This document shows positions 48,459-58,857 of a stretch of 58,857 bases of DNA, piece by piece (the first letter of the stretch is position 1; every line of letters begins with the position of its first letter). The stretch spans positions 4,241,715 to 4,300,571 of the forward strand of contig CM119268.1 of NCBI GenBank assembly GCA_051294375.1. Direction: 5' to 3'. Made by a program: the position numbers and the translations under genes. Source of the stretch: Paraspadella gotoi. Taxonomy: Eukaryota > Animalia > Chaetognatha. Below the pieces are notes generated by a model, which ran no database searches, was not told the origin of the DNA, and worked only from the letters and a program-made list of their open reading frames with translations.

Positions 48459-51400
48459 CTTAAAAGCCGCCCTTTTTCGATTCAAACTGAAAAGAATCTC
48501 GAATTTCCGATAAAATGAAACTCGTGAATATTTCCCCTTCTTTTCCATCTCTATTCCTATAAAATTAGTTTTGTTTTTCATTTTCCGCAATTTTTCAATT
48601 TATCATCGCAAACAACCATATTTTTATAAACTCATTTTCTAAATCTCCTTTACTAAATATCTAATTCCTCGGCTCTCGAATGACCATTTTCGAGTTCAAC
48701 ATCCGACTGACCAACCAAGAAAGTGACCTTCGACCTTCACCCACTCAAACAAGCGACGCTTCACCGGTTCCAATCCATCACCACCNNNNNNNNNNNNNNN
48801 NNNNNNNNNNNNNNNNNNNNNNNNNNNNNNNNNNNNNNNNNNNNNNNNNNNNNNNNNNNNNNNNNNNNNNNNNNNNNNNNNNNNNNNNNNNNNNNNNNNN
48901 NNNNNNNNNNNNNNNNNNNNNNNNNNNNNNNNNNNNNNNNNNNNNNNNNNNNNNNNNNNNNNNNNNNNNNNNNNNNNNNNNNNNNNNNNNNNNNNNNNNN
49001 NGCTGTTAGGAGACAGGATCCTGGTCTTGGAACCAGAACCAGACCCGCGAGGGTCCTCACGTAGGGTAGGTACCGTTGCGGGTCGTTCTCGGTACCTAAC
49101 GGTCACGAGACGATGGCTTTTACTCAATGAGCCACCGGGCAACTTCGAGCAATGCCCACTTTTTCCACATCAGCCCTCGGCTCAGCATTAAGCACCGATC
49201 CTCACACCAATCCTTCTCTATCTCTCTCCCCAGATTGGACTTCCTTCCCCAACTTGTCCGACCTTCCCTGACCCAACGTGACCCAATTCTAATCCCCTCG
49301 CGATTCCCGACATTCATTGTGACGACGAACCTGGAGAACCATAGTTATTACGTCTCCTCTTTCCATCTCTTGTCCTCTTCGTATGTTTTATTTAATCATT
49401 TTCTATTTTATAATTGTATTATTTTGTATTTCACTTCTCCTTTAAATTAAAATTTATTTTTTTAATTAATATTCAATTATTAAAAAGGTTATCCTTACAC
49501 ATGCGTAAAAAATATTTGAAAATATTGGTTCGTATTTTAAAAGGTCTTTATTTTATTGAATAAATAAGACTTCTCTTATTGCGCACAATCTTATATTTTT
49601 ACCCTAATTTATAAGAATCATTGAAAATATTTCAATTAAGATTAATATTAATATATTACTTCATATTAATATTAATATTAATATTCAATTAATATATATA
49701 AAAACCTTTCTTCTTAGTAGTTGAGCTGAGAAGAAAGAAAGAAGGAAGGAAGGAAGGAAGGAAGGAAGGANNNNNNNNNNNNNNNNNNNNNNNNNNNNNN
49801 NNNNNNNNNNNNNNNNNNNNNNNNNNNNNNNNNNNNNNNNNNNNNNNNNNNNNNNNNNNNNNNNNNNNNNNNNNNNNNNNNNNNNNNNNNNNNNNNNAGG
49901 AAGGAAGGAAGGAAGGAAAGAAGGAAGGGAGGAAAATGTCTCGAAGAAGAAGACGAAGAAGGAGAAATAAAGATTATAGAAAGAAGGATACGAAGTATTA
50001 GAAGACAAAGAAGAAGAAGCCTTTGGTTCTGAAGACGTAAAAAAAATGACAGTTATGATGGTTGATTGAGAAAAGAGAGAAGGAAGACGAGCGAAGAGAA
50101 GAGAGGGAAAGAGATACTTCAACTTTATTAGCTTATTTAAAGACAGAAAATATATATCAGTATTTAAATTTGCTTGAGAAAATTACATAAGTATTTTTAA
50201 AAGGAGTTTTTAAGTAATGACAGTTGTAAGTGAGCTAGCTTTCACGAACTCATCATCAAAATAAAAATAAAAAACATTTTTTATTGCTCTAAAAAACGAG
50301 CGGTTTCTGATTGGTTAAATACGACTAAAGTTGATTGGTCAAAAGTCCGTAAAGAGTGAAGCACGAAGTGGGCTGAAAATGACTAGCCCCCTCTAGCAGC
50401 CACAAAACGCATCATGGGCCCGAATCCTAGCTTGGCCCTCTTGGGATAATCGATTCGCCCCCCACGGAGACTCATTCTTCTGATAGCGTAGCTACAGGAT
50501 TGATAACGTCAAGATTGTGCGGAAAAAGTCTCATTTGCGGAGAGAACCTTGCAATGTCCGCTTCACCTGGACCATTTACAAAAGAACATTTTCGTGTCTG
50601 GTCGAAGAGTTTTCTTTTACCAACTTTTGCCTCAAGCAAAACATCTTTCATGTAGTCATGGATACAAGTTTGTCACACGGACCTCACAGACCTCGTAGGG
50701 TAACGTTCCTGCGGGTTTAGACTGCCCTACCCCTGTCCCGACGGGGGGTTAAGGGGTGGAAGGAAGAAGGGGTGAAGGGGGTGAAGGGGGGGAGGTAGGG
50801 CGGCGTGAGACTTGGGTGCGAAAAGTCATTTTTAGTAAATCCCGATTCCCGCGACCGAAAAGGACGTAAACCATTCATGCCTCATAAAATCTTTGGCGGA
50901 GAAAAAAAAAGGGGCTAATATAAGAAGGGAAAAGGAGAATGGGACAAGGAGAGAGGGATGAGGGAGAGGAAAAGAGAGAGGTGAAAAGGAGAGAGAAGAG
51001 AGGGGAAAAGGAAAGGGGGTAGATGAGAAAATGGATGAGGAAAAGTGAGAAAAGAGATGAGGGAGTAGGGATAGAGAAAGGATGAGAGGGAAAAAGGAGA
51101 GGGAGGGGGGGAGAGGAAAGTAGGAAGGGGAGAGAAAGAGGAAAAGGAAGGAAAGAGACGAAAATGGTGGTAGGTGATTAAAATTGAAGATGGTGTTATG
51201 TATAGGTTATTTTTATAAAAAGAAAATAGAGAGAAGAAGAAGAAATTGTGTTCCAGGGGTGCAGAGAGAGAGAGAGGAGAGACGAGAGAGAGAGAGAGGA
51301 GAGAGAGAGATGAGAGAGGATGAAGAGAAAGAGAGAAGAGAGACAGTGTCAAGGTGCAGTGACCCGAGTGACTATCTCTCATTTTGACTTCCAACGTATG

Positions 51401-53222
51401 TTGCGATGGTCATTCCCGCACTTTGGGCGCCGTCGCGCGCGAAACAATCAGTTGGAGCCGATTGGCCGGATTGTGTCGGTCTTGTGTCCGATTGGTAGGG
51501 CTTGGCCGAAATCAAATATTTCGATAAGTTTACTGTCAAGCATGTTCCGGCTGGGCTAGGCTGGGTCTAGTCGGGTCGGCAATTGGCTCGGAAATAGGAT
51601 ACTATAGTTGAATTAGTTTGGCGTCCTAGGCCCGGCATGACCGGATTTGCGGGATTTGCCGGGCTTGCCGGGCTTTTGCCGGTGCCGGCTTTGCCGGTTG
51701 CTCGGCTTGCGAAATCAAATAGATTAAATGTTCGGACGCTAAACTAGTGTCGCAACCTTGACAAAGCAGGTAAAATAGATAATATGGGTTATTGTCACTG
51801 ATGCTGTGGAAATAATCGCGTCTGAGCTGGAAGATCAAACAGTAGAGCATCACCGACCCACCATTGAGGACAATAAAATCATAAATTTTGGAACCATAAA
51901 TTGACAACCAAACAGCTTTCGAATTGGATTGAAAATAAAGAAGTTTAAATACGATTTCGTAAGTCATATAAATTACTCAATATTACCTAGTGGCTCGGAT
52001 TTGGAGAAAAAAGTTACTTTGAGCATGGTTAATGTGTAATGTAATCGTAGTGTAATGTAATGTAGTTGTAATATAATGTATGGTCATGTAGAATGGAGAA
52101 TTTGGAGAATCGGAAAATTGGAGCTGTGGTGTTGGGCGATATAGCGCGGGCAATTGGGCTAGTTTATGAACAACGGCTATTCTATTAGTTGATTGTACCC
52201 AATGCATAAATATACAGATGAAAAAATAGAAAAGTATCTACGACCGACCGACCAAAAAACACTCTAGTTCTTTCTAGCGTCGTCGCCGACGAAATAAATT
52301 TCCGGATCAGAGACGCTCACAGCCAACGTCCGCCATTTTCCGTCAGTGGCAATCTCTTCTCACGAGTGAAAGGCTTAATTAGTTTAGCTCTTTTTTTCTT
52401 TCTTTTTTTTGTGTTCATCAAGACTAGAAATTCTTCTTTTTTTTATTCCGAATTTTCTTTAAATTTCTTATTTCGTCTGAAAAAAAAATTCTGTCTGGAC
52501 ATGTTCGTTGTTTAATTTAGCGAAGACATAAAATACTATTTCAACCGAAATTAAAGTTGATGACTTCATAAAATTCTGTTTTGGTCGGGTGAAGGTTTTT
52601 CTTCTCCTCTACCGTTTTTAACGCTTGCTATTTTCCTCACTTTTTTTTCTTCTTTCTTTATTTATTTTGATCTTTCTTTTCTTTTTTTCTCTCTTTTGAA
52701 AAAATTTTGTCGGCGGGGAGATCAAACGTTCAAATAATGGCAAAGAAATTTTAACACTAATTATATAGATTATTATTATTTATTATTTATATTATTATGT
52801 AAAAAGACAGTGTTTATAGTTAGTGACAGAACCCGTTCAATATAGCAGATCGGCCTGAGCTTGGATCATCAGTACGCCGTGTACGAGTGGTTCATAAGCG
52901 CCCCGTCCGTTCTTAACTGCGAGGCGAGTTACCACCCGGCTAGAAACCCCGGACTTTGACGGTGGGGGAGGTCGGATAGGACTTGCTCGCACCTCAAGTG
53001 CCCTCTGATAATCGGTTTGGGATTTTAGTTCCCCCATTACTATTATTTATTCTTATTATATTATTTTTTTTTTTTTCAAAGAAAATGGAGCATGCGATCG
53101 ACGAAAAAAAAATAACAACTAAACTGTTTGGCGCGGAGTCGTACAATACTCAAAATAACGAAAAAGTCGCTAAAATTATAGGTCGACTTTTAATGGGGCC
53201 CGAGATGAAGAGAGAGAGAGAT

Positions 53223-53258
<36 letters not shown>

Positions 53259-53640
53259 ATATTGTCTCTTTCCTTCTACTGTTTTTCTGTCTGCTTTCTA
53301 AAACGTCCTCGCCCTTTTTTCATTTCTTTGTCAGTTTGTCAAGTGTATATTTTCCAACTTCTCGGAGATATTTCACCCTCGATGCTCAGCAGCGAGTTTT
53401 GATCGAAATATATTGTGGAATTGTTAGAAAATAAAAGAGAAATACTCGATTGTCCTCGACAGGAGGGTCGCTTCTGTTTATGCTATAATTCTTCTAAGGT
53501 ACATCATTCTATCTTTTTTAGAAAATTTTCCTCAGTAATTCTCTACCCTTTTCTCGGAGCCATAGTTTCTTTCTCTCCCGACCCTCAAAACTTTCCTCCA
53601 TCTTTGATCTCCATCTTTTCTCTCGTCCTTTCAGCAGCGC
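45395..53640 (+). repeat. ~8.3 kb tandem segmental duplication, copy B
   Basis: Begins right after a 24-N gap; collinear with copy A; indel noise rises toward its right end. Confidence 0.95.
52761..53006 (-). mobile_element. tRNA-derived SINE (copy in duplicated block B, noisy)
   Basis: Homologous to 44482-44706 (gttagtgacagaacc, cttaactgcgaggcga, ctagaaaccccggac). Confidence 0.55.
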
Positions 53641-56600
53641 TTCTCTTCCCTTACCCCTCTTCCGCCCCTCTTTGCCACTCCTCTTTTCCTTCTCTTCTCA
53701 AAGAACTTCCTTTTATCTTTCTTACTTCCTCCTCTCACATACTTTTTCTATCTCACTTCCTCCCAAATTCTTTACCCTCCTCCTGTCTACTCCTCCCACA
53801 GCCCGTGCCCCCCCACTTACTCACGCCGTCATTCTTCCAAGATGTCTCATCCAGTTCGCCCCCGTTGCTGAGTGCCAGGTTCCCACGAACGCCATCTCGA
53901 AGGAGGCGAACTAAAACAATGGCACGAATTAGAGGCGAGGCGAGCGCTGCAACACGCGGAGAAGCTGCCATCGTAAATGCGACGCGTGTAAAAATGTGTG
54001 CGCGCGGTGGGTCGTCAGACGCAATTAAGTTTTTTTTAAATGGTTAAAAAAATATATATAAACATGGTATTGCGTTAAATGTCAAGAGGGAATATGGAAT
54101 TTGTTTTTTGTTTTTTTTTAGGTAAAAAAGTAATAAGTCATAGTAAATAACGCGAGCGATGACATTTACAATGGACTAGAGATTGACCAATTGGAGAACG
54201 GACAGAGAGACCTACGAAAAACTGAGAGAGTTGATGGCAGTACTCGCGTTCATCAACTGAAACAAAAACAAAAAGCAAAAATAAAAAAAAAAAAAAAAGC
54301 CAGGTCAACCACAAAGTCAACCGACAAAGCCAACCACAAAGTCCAATCCACAATCCCCACTGTCAAGACCCGCAACCTTTTTCCCTTCTGAACTTCGGAC
54401 GCTTCACATATATCCATCCATTTAGCACTTAACCTGAATCCAACTCACTACGAGTGCTGAGCTCAAGGATAACGTCTCTCTCTCTCTCTCTTCTCTCATC
54501 GTCGTCTCTCTTCTCTCGTCATCTCTCGTCTCTTCTATCTCTTCTCCTCTCCATTTCTTTTTTTTTCCTCTCTGAGAACAAAGGTCAAGACTAATCAACA
54601 TTTTTCATTCTCACTTTCTCTCGAACTTTTCTCCTGTTTTTCGGACTCAAAAATTCATGCATAGTCCGTCTCTCTTCTCTCTCTCTTTCTCTCTCCTCTC
54701 CTCCTCCTTCTCTCTTCTTTCCTCTCTCCGTTCCACTCTCTTCTCTGCTCTCTCTCTTTCTTCCTTCATTTTTTTCCCTAGACGGCCCTCGGTCCCTTAT
54801 TATTTTTTTCTCTTTTTATTGCGCAAAGTCTTAATCTTCCTTTCTCGATGACCAGCAACGTACCTCGCCCATCCGTGAAGCGACTCATCTTACAGACCAA
54901 TACGTTACTTTTTGCGACAAGCCATTTTAGGTTCCAGTTTCCTTTAATCTGTAAGCTTTGATATCTTTTTCTGCTTTTTCTGTTCTGTCGCTTCCTCTCT
55001 CTCTCTCTCGTCTCTCTCTTCCTCTTCTCTCTCATCTCCTTCTCTCTCTCTCTCGCTCGCTCGCCGCCCGAGACTGCCTCGGACGCCATACGTGAAAGGT
55101 TGTTGAGATATCACTGGCGCCCTGGCCTGTATTTTGACAACACGCTCGGAATCTGGGAAGGGGAAGAGTGGTAATGAGAAGAGGAGGAGGAGGAGGAGGG
55201 AAGAGGAATGAGAGAGAGAAGTGGGAGGAACGTTAAACTCCCGGGAGAAAAACAGGCGCTCTGTAATCTGTTAATGTCGATTGGATGAATCCGGTGAGGT
55301 TTGAGCCGCGTGTCGTTTGTTGTGCGTCGTTTGTTGGTATTGTGATTTTGCGTCCGTCTGATTTTTTTTTTTAATATCTGTTTTTTTTATTTGATAAATT
55401 AGTTTTGGTTGTTGACGGTTTTATTTTGTCAAGGAGGATACTGGTTTGCTTAAATGCTACGAACTTTTCCAAAACGGCAAAAAAAAAAAAGAAATTTAGC
55501 CCTGCTTGTTGGTCTGCAACGTAATATGCATGTTGTTGTAAATCAAGCAGAAAACAAGTTTGTACTGATGTTTTATCAATGTCATTGTTGTAACATAGTG
55601 GTTTAATACTTGGTTTATATTCGTTTCCATTTCTGCGATGACCGAATTTTTTTCAGATTAATTGAACATCATTAGTTTATGAATAATTCTTCTTTTTTTT
55701 TGCCTTTGTAGTATTATAATATTTTTTTTAACAAAACTAAACTTGTAATTGAAGTTCGGAAATCTAAGGGGGTTGGGAGTTCGGAGAGCTGTTGAACGTC
55801 TTTCTCAATGCTTGTTCGTTTTCGTCGTCGTTGTTTTCGTTCGTCGTCTTCGTCGTCGTTTTCGTGTTTGTCGAGACGTGAGTTGAAGTGTGAGTAGAAC
55901 TCGTTTCTGTGTGAGAGAAAGAGAGACGAGAGGAGAGACGAGAGAGAGAGAGAGGAGAGACAGAGAAAGAGAAGACAAAGAGAGAGATGGAAGAAGAGAC
56001 AAAGAGGAGACATAGAAGAGAAAGCAATGAAGAGGAGAGAGAGAAGAGAGTAGAGAGAGAGCGAGTAGAGAGCAGTAGAGAAGAGACGCAAGAGATGGAT
56101 GAAAGGAGAGCACAGAGAGAATCTACATCGATGAGATGGTCGAATAGAGAGGAGGAACGTAAGAAGAAAGAGAGAGAGAAGAGCAACGAACGAACAAGAC
56201 CTTCGTGCGACGAGATGGAGAAAGTGGAAAAGAGTTATTGTTCCCATCTACTACTGTTTGGATAACTTATTAAAAAAAGAAAAGGTAGGTAGAAAAGCAG
56301 TGAGTGGATTTATAGTGAAAGAGAGTGTGAGAGAAGGAGAGGAGTAGAGGAATGGTGGTGCGAGACGTTAAGATGAAAGATAAGGCAAAGCCGCATAGGA
56401 GAGAGGCAAAGGGTAGTGAGGTGATGACAGTAGTAAGAAGAGAGAAGCAAGAGAGAAAAGAGAGAAGTGACAATGAGCGAATATAAGCAGAGTTTTTCGC
56501 TATCCTTGTAAACTTGGGCATTTAAGGAAAAGAAATAAAAAAACAGTTTCTACCGGTTAGAGAAAAAGCCGCACTTAACGGTAGTCGGTCTCTCTCCTCT

Positions 56601-57089
56601 CTCTCTTTTTTCCCCTCTTCTCTGGTCTTTTTCTCCTTTTCCCTTTTCTCCTAACATGTCCTCATTCCCCTCGACGCTCGTTCAATAATTTACTGTTTCA
56701 GGTAGCAGCATCTTAAACACCGTCAGGTGAGAAAAAGAAACAGTGGCCATCAGCCAAAACCCCTCACCTATTGTCCAGGCAGGAAGGGAAGGCAACAAGC
56801 CGAGCCGACACGGCGCTTGGGCTGCGCCGGCCCCCGTCCGGGAGCGCCGAACCGGCCGGGGCCGGCCGGGGCCGGGCCAGGCCAACGCCACCGTCTTTCA
56901 GGTACTCGCCGCGCCGGCTGGCCTCCGAGGCCCGGGTGAGCCGGGCAGCTGGTTTCCGGCGGGCTTTTCTTTTTGTTTTTTTTTTTTTTTTTTTTTTTTT
57001 TTTTCTTCGCTGGCAAATTTTAATAAGAGCACATATTCAATCGAACGAACAAAAGGCAAACCTCGTTGTGCTATGAAAAGAGAGAAGAG

Positions 57090-57121
<32 letters not shown>

Positions 57122-57401
57122 GGGAGGAGAGAGAGAGAGAGAGATGAGAGAGAAGAGAGAGGCCGAGAGAGAGAGAGACGAGAGGCAGTTTATTGTCCGG
57201 TGCAATAAAGTCTCAATGATATAATTGGGCGGAATCACGACCCTTGTAAGCCCACCTGCATGGCGGCCGACTTAGCCTTGTGTGTTGTGTTGGGTTTTTG
57301 TCGTTCTATAATAAAAAAGCATCTCTTTGCCTACGATTTTGACTCTGTTCTTCTCTTAAGTTTTATATTTTTCACGNNNNNNNNNNNNNNNNNNNNNNNN
57401 N

Positions 57402-58857
57402 TAATGTAGTGTAATATAATGTAGTGTCATGTAGAAATGGAAAATTTGAGAATCTGGAAATGGAGCTGGGTGTTGGGCGATAAGCGCTGGGCACTGGGCT
57501 TATTTATGAAAACAAGGGATAATTCTATATTGATTGTACCAATTGCATAATAACAGATGAAAAATTAAAAGTATCTTACGACCGACCGACCAAAAAACAC
57601 TCTATNNNNNNNNNNNNNNNNNNNNNNNNNNNNNNNNNNNNNNNNNNNNNNNNNNNNNNNNNNNNNNNNNNNNNNNNNNNNNNNAAAAGAAAAAGCTAAA
57701 CTTTAATTAGCCTTTCAGTCACCTATCTACCGAAGTACAAGCATCAGCTGATGAACGAGAGACTTGCCCAATAACTTTTAAACTGAAGAGGCGAAGAAAA
57801 TTGGCCGGACCACGGTGGCTGTGAGCGTCCTGATGTTTATTTTTTTTTTGTGTTCATCAAACTAGAAATTCATTCTTTTTTTATTCCGAATTTTCTTAAT
57901 TTCTTATTTCGTCTGGAAAAAAAAATTCTGTCTGGAATTTTCGTTTTTAATTAGCGAAGACATAAAATACTATTTCAACCAAATTAAAGTTGAGACTCAT
58001 AAAATTGGTTTTTGTCGGGTAAGGTTTTTCTTTCTCCTTACCTTTTTTAACGCTTGCTATTTTCTCACTTTTTTTCTTTCTTTCTTTATTTATTTATTTC
58101 TTTCTTTCTTTTTCTCTCTTTTTGAAAGAATCATTTTTGTCGCGGGGAGGATTCAACGTTCAAAATGTGCAAAGAAATTTTAACACTAATTATTATAATT
58201 ATTATTATTATTATTATTATTGAAGAGACAGTGTTATATGTTAGTGACAGAACCGTTCAATATAAGCAGTCCCTGAGCTTCGGATCAGTCTGTAACGCCG
58301 TGTTACAGGTGGGTTAAGCGCCCCGTCCCTCTTAACTGCGAGGCGACCACCGGGCTAGAACCCCGGACCTTTGGGTGGGGAGGCGAAGGACTTGCCTCCG
58401 GCATCAATGGCCTCTGATGAACGGTTTATGGATTTTAATCCACCATACTATTATTATNNNNNNNNNNNNNNNNNNNNNNNNNNNNNNNNNNNNNNNNNNN
58501 NNNNNNNNNNNNNNNNNNNNNNNNNNNNNNNNNNNNNNNNNNNNNNNNNNNNNNNNNNNNNNNNNNNNNNNNNNNNNNNNNNNNNNNNNNNNNNNNNNNN
58601 NNNNNNNNNNNNNNNNNNTTTTTTTTGTCTGCTTCTAAAACCTCCTCCCACTTTTTTCCATTTTCTTTGTCAAGTTTGTCAAGTGATTATTTTTCCAACC
58701 TTCTCGGAGATATTTCACCTCGATGCTCACACGAGTTTTGAATCGAAATATATTGTGAAATTGTTAGAAAAAAAAAGAGAAGAACTCGATTTCCTCGACA
58801 GAGGTCGCTTCTGTTTATCTATAATTTTCTAAGGTTACATTCATTCTATCTTTTTTT
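57402..58857 (+). repeat. Partial third copy of the duplicated block (matches about 43784-45242)
   Basis: Collinear anchors: aaaatttgagaatctggaaat, tgtgttcatcaaactagaaatt, cctcgatgctcacacgagttt, cctcgacagaggtcgcttctg. Confidence 0.93.
58190..58415 (-). mobile_element. tRNA-derived SINE (copy in the third block)
   Basis: Homologous to 44482-44706; B-box-like ggttctagccc; clean (TAA)n tail at 58190-58221. Confidence 0.6.

Noticed and set aside
1384-58651. ORFs containing long X runs and poly-ER/SL/D/M tracts
   Set aside because: They span N gaps or microsatellites.

Overview
This is eukaryotic, most likely invertebrate animal, draft-assembly sequence: AT-rich, CpG not depleted, dense in microsatellites and broken by many N gaps. 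It is not a prokaryotic locus. I recognise no complete protein-coding gene, rRNA, true tRNA or CRISPR array, and most ORF-track entries are low-complexity or N-gap artefacts. Well supported: (1) an ~8.3 kb block present twice in tandem (~37.1-45.4 and ~45.4-53.6 kb) plus a partial third copy (57.4 kb to the end), and a ~2 kb block present twice (8.8-10.8 and 13.2-15.2 kb); the copies differ mostly by small indels, as expected of uncorrected long-read gap filling; (2) a ~300 bp dispersed element with Helentron-associated (HINE/DINE-1-like) architecture in 3-4 copies, and probably a second such family; (3) a tRNA-derived SINE inside the duplicated block; (4) several minisatellites, including ~40 copies of a 34-bp unit and an 18-bp array with 36-bp higher-order structure. 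Tentative: promoter-like motif clusters, scattered splice-flanked exon candidates, and an unidentified frameshifted coding-like block at ~25.9-27.4 kb. I found no defensible new biological system; the best leads are the coding-like block, the membrane-protein-like exon chain at 31.8-33.2 kb and the HINE-like families. All alignments and translations were done by eye and coordinates are approximate.
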